Part shown: positions 29,150-39,292 of the stretch, one piece after another | Layout of the letters: every line of letters begins with the position of its first letter | Position numbering within the stretch: position 1 is the stretch's first letter | DNA from: Firmicutes bacterium UBA4916 | GTDB lineage: Bacteria > Bacillota > Clostridia > Tissierellales > Tepidimicrobiaceae | Assembly: GCA_002398845.1 (NCBI GenBank) | Contig: DHBY01000061.1 | Coordinates: 4,475-68,474 of the forward strand | Length of the DNA: 64,000 bases | Direction of reading: 5' to 3' | The notes under the pieces: generated by a model | The model's database searches: none | What the model was told of the DNA's origin: nothing | Seen by the model: the letters and a program-made list of their open reading frames with translations, nothing else | Program-made: the position numbers and the translations under genes

Positions 29150-29704
29150 CTAATCAATTCTTTCCTTCTTTTGGTTTATATATTTTTTAGCGTAAAGAAT
29201 ACCAATTATAGTTTTACTATCATTTATTTCTCCTTTTTTAACCATATCTACAAGATCATCTATTTTTATTTTTACTATCTCTATATATTCATCATTTTCT
29301 GGATTAGCTTCCCCTTCTGATAATTCTGTAGCTGCAAATAAATACATCTTTTCATTAGAAAATCCAGGAGAAGTATAAAACTCAAATAAATATTCCATCT
29401 TGTTTGAAATATATCCTGTTTCTTCATCTAATTCTCTTAAGGCTGTTTCCCTAGGTTCCTCATTAATTTCAATTTTCCCTGCCGGTATCTCTAGCAGATT
29501 TTTTTCGACTGGTTTTCTAAATTGTTTAACTAAGACCATACACTCATCATCGGTTATTGGAATTATACCTACAGAACCAGGGTGTTCAACAATTTCTCTT
29601 TTTGAATATTTTTTGTCTGGCAATTCAACAGTGTCTATTCTTAAATTAACTATTTTTCCCTCATAAATTTTTTCTGACTTCATGGTTTTTTCCTCATAAT
29701 TCAT
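29150..29704 (-). CDS. nudF: NUDIX hydrolase, ADP-ribose pyrophosphatase NudF-like
   Basis: REIVEHPGSV, EIPAGK......ETALRELDEETG Nudix box, YTSPGFSNE. Confidence 0.88.
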   Translation of the reverse strand: MNYEEKTMKSEKIYEGKIVNLRIDTVELPDKKYSKREIVEHPGSVGIIPITDDECMVLVKQFRKPVEKNLLEIPAGKIEINEEPRETALRELDEETGYISNKMEYLFEFYTSPGFSNEKMYLFAATELSEGEANPENDEYIEIVKIKIDDLVDMVKKGEINDSKTIIGILYAKKYINQKKERID

Positions 29705-29719
29705 TAAAACATTCCTCCC

Positions 29720-30793
29720 CTATTTTAACACTTTTGCAACATAATTTCCTACTGCACCTAATGTTAAAAAAAACTCCCTATCTTCTTCATATCCTCTTCC
29801 CATAGTTGTAATAGCTAAATCAAAATTATTCATAGCGTCAATGATATTATTGCCTTCTTCATAAATAATCTCATGCTTCTTATCTATGTTTAAATTTTCA
29901 ATTTGTCCATTAATTATATTTAATTTATATTCATCTAAAATAGGTATAATAACCTTCCCGGATGTTTTGGCAATTTCCGATAGAACTGTTCTCGTATGAT
30001 GAGATATACCTATATGTCTTTCCCTAGCATCTTTAAAGCTAATTCGTGGGATAATAATAGGATTTCCACCTAAAGTATTGACAGCATCAATGATTTGTCC
30101 CTGTTCTATCCCGCTAAATCCATATTTAGTCCCCGTGCCTACTATTCCTGGTCCCATAGTTATTATAGTTACATTACCCTTTAAAATTTCTTTAGCTGCA
30201 ATTAAGCCTGTATAAATATTTGTACATTCTAAATCTCCGCCGAATGCATGACCTATTGTAATAGTCTTCTCTATTAGATTCTTTCTTTTCAGTAATTTCA
30301 CCGTGTTACTAAAATATATAGGTAATGAGCCTCCATCAGTCATTATATAGTTAATTTTAATATCTTTATTAAGCCATTTTAACATTGCTGCTGTTGGCCC
30401 AAGCATACTATGTAATGAACCAATAATAAATATATGATTATCTAAAGATTTAAAGTTCATATAAACATCATGATAGGGGCTATCCTCTTCTTCAGCTGCC
30501 AAACATCGTATTTGCTGTGGGGTATAACGTAGTTTCATAATATGCCCCTTGCCTTCAAGCCTTTTATCTTCATTGCTATAATTAAATATTATAAAATGAC
30601 AACCGCCTGTTCCTAAAGATAACTCAACAGCAGTGGTATTTAATATGACAATATCCCCTACTTTTATATTACCAGTTAAATCATTATAGTTAATTGCTAA
30701 AGCCTCGTCTCCATCAATATCTACCTTAACCCATGAAACATGATAATCTTCTTCATTTATCTCAATTACCTTAGCCTTCTTATAACTTAACAG
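29720..30793 (-). CDS. DUF3866 family protein (357 aa, probable CTG start)
   Basis: Frame is open 85 codons upstream of the tracked ATG 30538, containing LNTTAVELSLGTGG.HF and GHIMKLRYTP.Q; CTG at 30793 lies 7 nt after AGGAGG. Confidence 0.8.
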   Translation of the reverse strand: MLSYKKAKVIEINEEDYHVSWVKVDIDGDEALAINYNDLTGNIKVGDIVILNTTAVELSLGTGGCHFIIFNYSNEDKRLEGKGHIMKLRYTPQQIRCLAAEEEDSPYHDVYMNFKSLDNHIFIIGSLHSMLGPTAAMLKWLNKDIKINYIMTDGGSLPIYFSNTVKLLKRKNLIEKTITIGHAFGGDLECTNIYTGLIAAKEILKGNVTIITMGPGIVGTGTKYGFSGIEQGQIIDAVNTLGGNPIIIPRISFKDARERHIGISHHTRTVLSEIAKTSGKVIIPILDEYKLNIINGQIENLNIDKKHEIIYEEGNNIIDAMNNFDLAITTMGRGYEEDREFFLTLGAVGNYVAKVLK

Positions 30794-30804
30794 GTTAATC
30801 CCTC

Positions 30805-31620
30805 CTATCTGCCTAAATTATCTAAAAAATTTAGTATTTTGTTATTTTCAATAACCTTAGAGAAAGATATTTTTTCAGCCATTATATGTATAACTATCAA
30901 AATAAATAAATAAATAGATTTTCCAACTAGGCCATGTGTAAGTCCACAATATACCCCCAATGTAATGCCTAATACATTAGAACCTACATCCCCCATCATA
31001 GCTTTCGCTTTTAAGTCTAATGGAAAATATACAACTAATATGCCATAAAATGAATATAAAAGAAAATTATATTCATTTACATTGCCCGTAAACAACATCA
31101 TTATGGAAAGCAATATAAACACCTTTATTGATCTACCAGGTCTCAAATCAAATAAATTTGTTAAATTAGTGAATAAGGATATAAGCAAGGTGTTTATTAT
31201 AATATCAACTGGGTTTTTGGATATTATAATTGAAATAAATAGAGCTATAAAAAAACCAATTCCTGCCTTTATGCCTCCAGTTGTCAGCACACCTTCAAAA
31301 AAAGATTTTATGTGCCCTTTAAATCCCTTTACATTCTTATCGCCAATTAAATCATCTAAAAGCCCAACCATACCCATCAATGTTAAAGCGAATAAATAAG
31401 ATATTATATATTTGGCTTTAGCTTTAGTTAGAAATAAAATTATACTTATACTAATTGTCTGGACAAATACAAACAACAAGCCCATACAAATTGGGATTTC
31501 TTCTTTTTTATAATTTAATCCTAATGTTTTACTCCTAGTTAGCATATTAAATATCATAGGGACTCCAACAAAAGATAAAATCATGCTAATTATAAAACTT
31601 AAAAGCCCAATGAAATTCAT
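30805..31620 (-). CDS. MraY-like (glycosyl transferase family 4) polyprenyl-phosphate sugar-phosphotransferase
   Basis: Multi-TM; GLLDD, KGFKGH, NLFDLRPGR, MMGDVGSNVLG. Confidence 0.82.
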   Translation of the reverse strand: MNFIGLLSFIISMILSFVGVPMIFNMLTRSKTLGLNYKKEEIPICMGLLFVFVQTISISIILFLTKAKAKYIISYLFALTLMGMVGLLDDLIGDKNVKGFKGHIKSFFEGVLTTGGIKAGIGFFIALFISIIISKNPVDIIINTLLISLFTNLTNLFDLRPGRSIKVFILLSIMMLFTGNVNEYNFLLYSFYGILVVYFPLDLKAKAMMGDVGSNVLGITLGVYCGLTHGLVGKSIYLFILIVIHIMAEKISFSKVIENNKILNFLDNLGR

Positions 31621-31624
31621 TTTC

Positions 31625-32314
31625 TCACCCTCTAAAGAACATAATAACCAAGGTTTTTAATATATCAAAAAATTGTTTCCCTCTATGCCTAAAACCCTTA
31701 AAATTTCTATCTGTATATCTATGAGTCATATTAACTGGTACTTCTTTAAATGTAAAATCATTTTTTAAAGCTTGAATAGTCATAGCCACCTCTATTCCAT
31801 ATCTATTAGGTATATAGTCTATAACATCCATTACTTCTTTTTTATAAACCCTTTGCCCAGAAAGGGAAGTATCTATCTCCTTCTTTGTATAAAAATATAC
31901 CCCTTTTTTAGCCAATCTTTTTACTAGCCCAAATCCTCCTTTGGTATGAGTATTGGATAATCTAATAGGAAACTTGGCTATAGTAAAATCTACCTCTCCT
32001 AAAACAACGGGATAAATTAATTTTTCTACTTCAACACTGGTGGATTCCAAATCTCCATCAACAAATGCAATATAATCATACTCTTTTTCTTTTATTGCTT
32101 TCTTCATTGCAAATCCTTTACCTTGGTTTTTTGCTAAATTAATAAAAGACACATCAAGTTTGTTTACTACCTCAACTGTATTGTCAATAGAACCATCATT
32201 TACAATTAAAATCTCATCTATTAAGTCTATTTTCTTCAATCCTTCTATAGTATCTACAATCTTATCTGCTTCATTATATACAGGCACTACTGCCAATACC
32301 TTACCGTTTTTCAT
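31625..32314 (-). CDS. GT2/GT-A glycosyltransferase (GpgS/DPM-synthase-like)
   Basis: VVPVYNEA, VNDGSID, NQGKG, FVDGDL, LSGQR, YGIEVAMT. Confidence 0.88.
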   Translation of the reverse strand: MKNGKVLAVVPVYNEADKIVDTIEGLKKIDLIDEILIVNDGSIDNTVEVVNKLDVSFINLAKNQGKGFAMKKAIKEKEYDYIAFVDGDLESTSVEVEKLIYPVVLGEVDFTIAKFPIRLSNTHTKGGFGLVKRLAKKGVYFYTKKEIDTSLSGQRVYKKEVMDVIDYIPNRYGIEVAMTIQALKNDFTFKEVPVNMTHRYTDRNFKGFRHRGKQFFDILKTLVIMFFRG

Positions 32315-32329
32315 ACTATCTCTCCTTAA

Positions 32330-33211
32330 TTACTCTAATACAGATAACTTTAAATTAGGAACCAGTTCTTCAGCTGTTTGTTTGATTCCATAATGGCCAG
32401 GTCTGCCTTCCATAGCTAATATTAAAGAAACTTTACCCATTGTTGTATCTACATTATCAACAGTACTTATTTTAAATCCTTTATAAGCTTCCATATAAGA
32501 ATAATTTGCCTTTAACTTTTCAATGCCGATTACTGCTTTATTCATATCTTTACATACATCTACTATAGTTTTATCCACTAAAGTTATTCTATTCCTATCT
32601 TCCTTTACACTACCTCCAGCAATTATAACATAATCTATAGGTTCGTCAATAGTACCGACTAAATCCATAATTCTACTTTCTTCCAATTTCTTTACTAAGA
32701 TTGATTCTTCTCCAGTTATTATGGATTTTGCTATTTCATTGGCAGCATTTGTTATTAAATTGCTATTTTCTACTGAAATATTCAACTCATTATAAATATT
32801 CTTTAATGTCCCTTTGTCCATAATCTTATCAGTTATAGTGGCTACATTGACGACATTGGCACCTGCAACCTCTAATATTTGTCCTATTCCTGAATACATA
32901 TAATCGTCCTTTGTTTCAATAATTGCAATTTTTTTGCCTTTCAATTTATCTTTGATGATTTCTTCATAAGTTGAATCTATAAAATGTTTATAGTTATCAT
33001 TTTTAGCCTCAATTTCTTTTATTGTTAGTTTTAAGTCTTGGTTCTCAGATTTTAAAAAATCAAAACTCTCTTCTAATTTACCTACTATATCATCTTTTTG
33101 TTCAACTAAAAAGCTCTGAGTATCAAGGGTAAACCCTATATATATTCCAATACCTAAAGCGGCAAATATTGCAACGATAGATATCACATAAAATTTCATA
33201 TTTGGTATCAA
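32330..33211 (-). CDS. steB: SteB/MctB ('copper transporter') family protein
   Basis: N-terminal Y.ISIVAIFAALGIGI.IG TM, coiled coil, C-terminal ISTVDNVDT.MG.VSL..A..G..GHYG. Confidence 0.82.
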   Translation of the reverse strand: MIPNMKFYVISIVAIFAALGIGIYIGFTLDTQSFLVEQKDDIVGKLEESFDFLKSENQDLKLTIKEIEAKNDNYKHFIDSTYEEIIKDKLKGKKIAIIETKDDYMYSGIGQILEVAGANVVNVATITDKIMDKGTLKNIYNELNISVENSNLITNAANEIAKSIITGEESILVKKLEESRIMDLVGTIDEPIDYVIIAGGSVKEDRNRITLVDKTIVDVCKDMNKAVIGIEKLKANYSYMEAYKGFKISTVDNVDTTMGKVSLILAMEGRPGHYGIKQTAEELVPNLKLSVLE

Positions 33212-33224
33212 AATAACTCCTCCT

Positions 33225-34346
33225 TTACAGTCCTAACATCATTTTAATTCTAATTTTAAATAGAACCGCTAATTCTCTCATCAATGGATGCATACAAGTT
33301 ATTACAACAATAGGTATTAAAGCCGCTATGGCTATCCCAGCTACATATTTTAACTTAAAGCTACTATGATAAAGCTTGTTTACCCCTTTAGCATCTACTA
33401 GCCTAGAACCAACTTTTAGCCTAACTAAAAATGTACTAGACATTCCAGGTCTACCTTTTTCTAAAAAATCTATCATATTGGTATGAGTTCCAACAGCCAC
33501 AATTAAATCTGCACCGTTTGCATATGCGAGTAAGAAAGCAATATCTTCACTAGTACCAGGTGCAGGAAACTTTTTTGCTTTTAATCCTAATTTTTCTACC
33601 CTTTCTAATCCAGGGGCTCTACCATCCGGATAGGCATGAACAATTATTTCCTTTACTAATTTCAAACACTTATCAGAAACACTATCCATATCCCCAACAA
33701 CCATATCAGGGGTATACCCAAAATCCAATAAAGCATCTCCACCACCATCAACGCCAATTAAGATAGGATTTACTTCATCTATATATGATTTTATAGCCTC
33801 TAAATCCGCCTTGTAATCCTTACCCCTTACTACTACCAATACATGTTTACCTTTTATTTTTGTTTCTGTTTTAGGTATTGGGATTTTTCCTGTAACAAGA
33901 CCTTTTTCTTTTTTTGCATATTCAAGAGTATTTTCTATAAAGCTTTCTAATTCTTTTTCAATATTAGCATAACCAACATTCAACAACTCTTCAATTTTAT
34001 TTTTATCTAGCAGTTCACAATCCGCAATCTTATTTCCCTTATATATAATTTCATCTTCAATAATTTCAATAATATCCCCTTCATTGACTATATCAAATAT
34101 ATCCTTTTGTTTTGTTTCAAAGATAGGGATATTTGCATCAAGTAAAATTGAAGGCCCTTGATTAGGGTATTTACCACTTATGGTTTCTTCAACATTAATT
34201 ATACATTTTACTTTTTTCTCCACTAGAGATAATGCTGCTACTTCATCTAAATCCGTATGAGCTATTAATGCTATATCTCCTGTCTTCAATCTCTTTGTCA
34301 AGTTTTTAGTCCTTTTATCCTTTTTTAATCTCCCTTTTATATGCAT
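33225..34346 (-). CDS. steA: SteA family putative cytokinetic ring protein (thiamine pyrophosphokinase-like fold)
   Basis: DKRTKNLTKRL, SGKYPNQGP, VVVRGKDYKADL, IGVDGG.DAL, VHAYPDGRAPG, STFLVRLKVG.RLVDAKGV, C-terminal TM. Confidence 0.88.
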   Translation of the reverse strand: MHIKGRLKKDKRTKNLTKRLKTGDIALIAHTDLDEVAALSLVEKKVKCIINVEETISGKYPNQGPSILLDANIPIFETKQKDIFDIVNEGDIIEIIEDEIIYKGNKIADCELLDKNKIEELLNVGYANIEKELESFIENTLEYAKKEKGLVTGKIPIPKTETKIKGKHVLVVVRGKDYKADLEAIKSYIDEVNPILIGVDGGGDALLDFGYTPDMVVGDMDSVSDKCLKLVKEIIVHAYPDGRAPGLERVEKLGLKAKKFPAPGTSEDIAFLLAYANGADLIVAVGTHTNMIDFLEKGRPGMSSTFLVRLKVGSRLVDAKGVNKLYHSSFKLKYVAGIAIAALIPIVVITCMHPLMRELAVLFKIRIKMMLGL

Positions 34347-34444
34347 ATAAATCCTCCGGCTTTTTCTATTCTAATATTATCTCCAACTTTTAGTATTATA
34401 ATAACTAACCACCAAGTTTATTATAGCACAATATCATTAGGGAT

Positions 34445-34499
34445 AAAAAGATAATCTAAAATGGACCTTACAAATATTTGTAAGATCCATTTTAGATTA
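34445..34499 (-). terminator. Intrinsic terminator after spo0A
   Basis: TAATCTAAAATGGA(C)CTTACA-loop-TGTAAG(A)TCCATTTTAGATTA long stem. Confidence 0.75.
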
Positions 34500-35315
34500 A
34501 ATACTTTCCTCTTCCATTTCCATTTCTAATCTTAATTTATCAGCAACCATTGCAATGAATTCACTATTGGTAGGTTTTCCTTTGTTGGTATTTACAGTGT
34601 AGCCAAATATCTTATTGATGGTGTCTACTTTGCCCCTTGTCCATGCAACTTCAATAGCATGTCTTATAGCTCTTTCAACCCTACTAGGTGTAGTATTGTA
34701 CTTTTTTGCTATATTAGGATATAATTCCTTTGTAACAGCCCCCAATAATTCCATATCATCGATTACCATAGTAATTGCCTCTCTTAAATATAAATAACCT
34801 TTAATATGAGCTGGAACTCCTATTTCATGCATTATATTGGTGATTCTAGCTTCTAAACTTTTTGCTGAACTTATATTTACTGAATTGGATGTAGGTATTT
34901 TTATATAATCATTTTTTGTTATAGTTTCTGTTGTATTATCAGAACCTATAATTTGTTTTAGTCGCTTAATAAACACTTTAAAATCAAAAGGTTTAACCAC
35001 GTAGTAATCCGCTCCCAATTCAATTGCTTTTTGGGTAATTTGATCCTGACCTACTGCTGAAAGGATCACAATTTTGGGAACCTTTTTTAGTTCTAATTTA
35101 TTTATTCCTTCCAATACTCCCAATCCATCTAAATGTGGCATAATAATATCCAGTATTAAAATATCTGGTTCTTCCTCAGTAATCTTATCTAATGCTTCTA
35201 ATCCATCTTTGGCTATACTCACCACTTCAAAATCCTCGTCCATAGATAAAAACTTACTTAAAATATCACAAAATTCCCTATTATCATCTGCAATCATTAT
35301 TCTTGTTTTCTCCAA
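34497..35315 (-). CDS. spo0A: Sporulation master regulator Spo0A
   Basis: Receiver ([16 protein letters not shown]) plus [39 protein letters not shown]. Confidence 0.98.
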   Translation of the reverse strand: MEKTRIMIADDNREFCDILSKFLSMDEDFEVVSIAKDGLEALDKITEEEPDILILDIIMPHLDGLGVLEGINKLELKKVPKIVILSAVGQDQITQKAIELGADYYVVKPFDFKVFIKRLKQIIGSDNTTETITKNDYIKIPTSNSVNISSAKSLEARITNIMHEIGVPAHIKGYLYLREAITMVIDDMELLGAVTKELYPNIAKKYNTTPSRVERAIRHAIEVAWTRGKVDTINKIFGYTVNTNKGKPTNSEFIAMVADKLRLEMEMEEESI

Positions 35316-35357
35316 CTCAATTACCCCCCGTTAAACTATTTATTTGTATAATTACTT

Positions 35358-35384
35358 ATTCGACAAACAATCTTTGTTTCCTTC
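35358..35384 (-). promoter_or_regulatory. SigH-type spo0A promoter with overlapping 0A box
   Basis: GAAGGAAA-12 nt-GTCGAAT; TGTCGAA (0A box, 35359-35365) overlaps the -10. Confidence 0.75.
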
Positions 35385-35579
35385 TATTTCAAAATAATTC
35401 TTTAATTTTTTTTATTTTATTTATAACACTTTTATTGAAATATGTAGATTAAAGACCCTTTGCTGCAAATTAAATAAAAAAAATCCAATGCAGCATAATT
35501 ATATTTTAATTTCAACTTGTCCAACTATAATATATTTTTATTTATGAATTATTAAACAAAAATGATAGGCAATTGCCTA

Positions 35580-36899
35580 TCATTTGATATTCTGAGCATA
35601 TTTTTCATTTAGCTGATAACTTGGTTTTATTTGATCTAACATCCACTCTATATATATTCCATATCCTTTGGTAGGATCGTTAACAAATACATGGGTAATA
35701 GCACCAATTATTTTACCATCTTGTATTATTGGGCTGCCACTCATTCCTTGTACTATTCCACCAGTTTTTTGCAATAATCTTTTATCTGTTACTTTAATCG
35801 TCATACTTTTTTGGTTAGGAAATTGTTGAGGTTGTGCTTTTAATATTTCAATTTCAAATTTTTCTGTTTTATCATTATCTATCGTGGTTAATATATATGC
35901 TTTTCCTTCCTTTACTTCTTCCTTAAAACCAATTGGCAAAGCTTTTGCTTTATTGAATTTCATAAACTCATCAGTCATTACTCCATATATGCCATAAGGA
36001 GAATTTTTTACTATTTCACCTAATACATTTTCCGTTTCATAAAAGATTCCTCGAATTTCTCCTGGGCTGCCCCTTTTTCCTTGTTCAATATTTGCTATTT
36101 TTGCATTCATTATCTTCCCATATTCTACATTTAATAAATTTCCAGTATCCATATCTGTTATTCCATGGCCTAAAGCTCCAAAGATTTTGCTATCGTCATC
36201 GTAAAAGGTAAGCGTTCCAATACCAGCTGTTTTATCCCTTACCCATATGCCTAATCTATAGCAATTATCCTGCATACTTTTTATAGGAGCAACTTCTGTT
36301 TCGAATCTAATTTTATTTCTTTCAACAATAATTTTTACCTTAGAATCCTGTATTTGATTTAATAATTCAACCACATGCTCAGCATCTTTTACTTTTATAT
36401 TGTTTATTTCCAGAATACTATCACCAGTTTTTATACCTGCATCCTTTGCTGGATTATACCTTTTCCCATCTATTCCAAGAACATCTGTAACTGCTACAAC
36501 TAATACACCCTTCGTGTTCAACTTTACACCTATAGCATTACCTCCAGGGACTAGATACTCTCTATTAACCACATTTACATCAAATTTTTTTACGGGTATT
36601 AATCCTAAAAGTTTAAGCTGAAATTTTGCCTCCCCTGTATCTATACCATCTATTTTATAGGTTTTCTTTAACCCTTTAGTAAAATTTTGATTGTAAGTGG
36701 ATTGTACTATTGTATCTTCATCATGCATTGCACTTAAAGAAAATGGAAATACCACATCAATACTTCTATTTTCTCCTCTTGCAATTTTTATTTCAGTTGG
36801 GCAATAAAAAGCACCTATCATTTGGATTGCATAAAAAAATAAAAATATTAAAACCAATAAAGAGATCTTTCTTCTTTCTTTATATCTACCCAAGTACAA
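35580..36899 (-). CDS. spoIVB: SpoIVB peptidase (S55, PDZ)
   Basis: VPGGNAIGVKL, WVRDKTAGIGTLTF, ALGHGITD, GGIVQGMSGSPIIQ. Confidence 0.96.
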   Translation of the reverse strand: MYLGRYKERRKISLLVLIFLFFYAIQMIGAFYCPTEIKIARGENRSIDVVFPFSLSAMHDEDTIVQSTYNQNFTKGLKKTYKIDGIDTGEAKFQLKLLGLIPVKKFDVNVVNREYLVPGGNAIGVKLNTKGVLVVAVTDVLGIDGKRYNPAKDAGIKTGDSILEINNIKVKDAEHVVELLNQIQDSKVKIIVERNKIRFETEVAPIKSMQDNCYRLGIWVRDKTAGIGTLTFYDDDSKIFGALGHGITDMDTGNLLNVEYGKIMNAKIANIEQGKRGSPGEIRGIFYETENVLGEIVKNSPYGIYGVMTDEFMKFNKAKALPIGFKEEVKEGKAYILTTIDNDKTEKFEIEILKAQPQQFPNQKSMTIKVTDKRLLQKTGGIVQGMSGSPIIQDGKIIGAITHVFVNDPTKGYGIYIEWMLDQIKPSYQLNEKYAQNIK

Positions 36900-36960
36900 T
36901 CACTCTCCTAATTTTCCCTTTTTCGTGTTCACCTCCATAAAAATATTTTTTCGTAAATAT

Positions 36961-36989
36961 AATTTAGCCTTTTTTCATCTTATTTATTC
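36961..36989 (-). promoter_or_regulatory. Putative SigF promoter for spoIVB
   Basis: GAATA-15 nt-GGCTAAATT resembles GYATA-15-GGnnAnAnT. Confidence 0.65.
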
Positions 36990-37042
36990 TCTAAAAAATT
37001 TATTTATTATGTCAAGTAAACTACAAATTGTTAAATCCTGCC

Positions 37043-37084
37043 AATTAAAAAAACACTTTTAAAAAATAAAGTGTTTTTTTAATT
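37043..37084. terminator. Terminator after recN
   Basis: AATTAAAAAAACACTTT-loop-AAAGTGTTTTTTTAATT. Confidence 0.7.
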
Positions 37085-37087
37085 TAT

Positions 37088-38779
37088 TTAATTCAATTTT
37101 TTTGACATCTCTAGCATTTCTTTTGCGTGCAGCTTTGTCGTATCTGTTAAATCTACCCCACCTAAAAGTCTTGATAATTCCTCTATTCTTTCATCATCAT
37201 CCAACTTTCTTACTATTGTAGTAGTCTCCTCATTAACAGTCCTCTTTTCGATAACATAGTGAGTATCTGCGAGAGCTGCTATTTGTGGCAGATGAGAAAT
37301 ACAAATAACTTGATGATTTTTAGATATCATTTTTATCTTTTCGCCTACTACTTGAGCTGTTCTTCCGCTAATTCCAGCATCTATTTCATCAAAGATTAAA
37401 CAGGGTATATTATCATAATCAGCTAAAATTCTTTTAAAGGCTAGCATTATCCTAGACATTTCTCCTCCAGATACAATTCTAGATAGTGGCTTTAATTTTT
37501 CACCTTTATTTGTAGAAATTAAAAATTCTATCTTGTCCAATCCTTTAGGTGTAAAATATTCTAATCTACTAAAATTAATTTTAAATACTACATTTTCCAT
37601 ATTTAATTCATTTAACTCTTTAGTGATTGATGCTTCAATACTTTTACTTAATATTTTCCTTATTTTTGTTATTCTATTGCAGCAATCCGTCAATTCAGTT
37701 TCAATAGATTTTATATTATTATTTATTCTTTTTATCTCCTTTTCATTATTTAACAATGTATTAAGCCTATCTTCTATTGAATCTCTATAATGGAGTATAT
37801 CCTCTATTGTATTTCCGTATTTCTTTTTTAATGTATTGGTTGTATTAATTCTATCTTCTAAAAATTCCATTCTCTCTTCATCTATTCTTAAGCCTTCTAG
37901 GTAATCCCTCATATCTCTATAAAGATCCTGTAATTCAAAACTAATGCCTTCTATTATTCTATTATATTGTTTGAATTTATCATCATAGTCTTTAATACCA
38001 TTTATCTTAGTTATAGTCCTATTTACATTATCAAGTATAGATATATTGTTATAATCAGTATTATTTATAATGTCTGCTACCTCGCCTAAACTATAACCAA
38101 TTTCTTTTATATTAGACATTTTTGAATATTCTTTAATAACTTCTTCTTCATCATATTTTAATAAATCTGCATTATCAATTTCATTTAATTGGTATTTTAA
38201 TAAATCAATTTCCCTATCCTTTTCAATGCTATTTAATGAAATCTCTTTTATTTTTTTCCTTTCTTTCACTAATTCATCATATTTATCTTTTACATACTCT
38301 AAAAGAGAACTTAATTCATTATCTCCAAAAGTATCTATTAATTTTATATGATTATCTACATTTAATAAAGATTGATGCTCATGCTGCCCATGAATATCTA
38401 CTAAGTTAGAAGTTATGTTATTTAACATAGTTAATGTAACAGTCCTTCCATTAACTCTTGATACACTTCTACCATTACTATGTATTTCCCTCGAAATCAA
38501 TAAATAATTATTTGGATCTACATCGATTCCATATTCCTCAAGTATTTCACTAATCTTAGCAGGATTTTCTAAAAAAAATAATCCTTCCAATGTTGATTTT
38601 TCACTTCCCGTCCTAACTAAGTCCTTACTAGCACGCTCCCCTAAAATCATGCTAATTCCCTCAACGATTATGGATTTTCCTGCCCCTGTCTCACCTGTAA
38701 GTACATTAAATCCTTTAGTAAAATTTATATTTAAGTCATTTATAATAGCGAAGTTACTTATGTTTAACTCAACTATCAT
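37088..38779 (-). CDS. recN: DNA repair protein RecN
   Basis: TGETGAGKS, DIHGQHEHQ, SGGEMSR, IFDEIDAGISG, HLPQIAA. Confidence 0.97.
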   Translation of the reverse strand: MIVELNISNFAIINDLNINFTKGFNVLTGETGAGKSIIVEGISMILGERASKDLVRTGSEKSTLEGLFFLENPAKISEILEEYGIDVDPNNYLLISREIHSNGRSVSRVNGRTVTLTMLNNITSNLVDIHGQHEHQSLLNVDNHIKLIDTFGDNELSSLLEYVKDKYDELVKERKKIKEISLNSIEKDREIDLLKYQLNEIDNADLLKYDEEEVIKEYSKMSNIKEIGYSLGEVADIINNTDYNNISILDNVNRTITKINGIKDYDDKFKQYNRIIEGISFELQDLYRDMRDYLEGLRIDEERMEFLEDRINTTNTLKKKYGNTIEDILHYRDSIEDRLNTLLNNEKEIKRINNNIKSIETELTDCCNRITKIRKILSKSIEASITKELNELNMENVVFKINFSRLEYFTPKGLDKIEFLISTNKGEKLKPLSRIVSGGEMSRIMLAFKRILADYDNIPCLIFDEIDAGISGRTAQVVGEKIKMISKNHQVICISHLPQIAALADTHYVIEKRTVNEETTTIVRKLDDDERIEELSRLLGGVDLTDTTKLHAKEMLEMSKKLN

Positions 38780-38794
38780 ATCTATACCCCCAGA

Positions 38795-39247
38795 TTATTT
38801 CAATAAATTTTGAATATTCCCTAATGTGGATTCTGTTAAGTCCATTCGACTAACAGCTATAAATATAGTATCATCCCCCGCAATTGTTCCTGCTGCTCCT
38901 TCAATCTTAAAGTTGTCAATTGCTGAAGCACAAATTTGTGCTGCACCAGGTAAAGTCTTTATAACAATAATATTTTCAGCTTTGTCAACACTTAAAACAG
39001 AACTTTTGAAAACTTTAATCAATCTTTCATTAATGCCCTCATATTGGCTATCCATTGTCGCATATTTATACTTTCCACCAGAAGTAAGGACTTTAACAAG
39101 TCTTAGTTCTTTTATATCCCTTGAAATAGTGGCTTGGGTTATCTCAATTCCTCTTTCTAATAAATAATCCGCTAATTCCTCTTGAGTTTCTATTTCATAA
39201 TTTTCTATTAGATCCAACATGATTCTCTGTCTAGTATATTTTTTCAT
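38795..39247 (-). CDS. argR: Arginine repressor
   Basis: IETQEEL, TQATISRDIKEL, KTLPGAA, GTIAGDDT. Confidence 0.96.
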   Translation of the reverse strand: MKKYTRQRIMLDLIENYEIETQEELADYLLERGIEITQATISRDIKELRLVKVLTSGGKYKYATMDSQYEGINERLIKVFKSSVLSVDKAENIIVIKTLPGAAQICASAIDNFKIEGAAGTIAGDDTIFIAVSRMDLTESTLGNIQNLLK

Positions 39248-39292
39248 CTTTTCCTCCCTTTACATTAGGAATAAGGTTGAACACCATTATTT

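Noticed and set aside
32330-33211. Literal copper transporter function for the MctB-family gene
   Set aside because: Family name derives from a mycobacterial phenotype; no metal-binding motif here and adjacency to steA favours SteB
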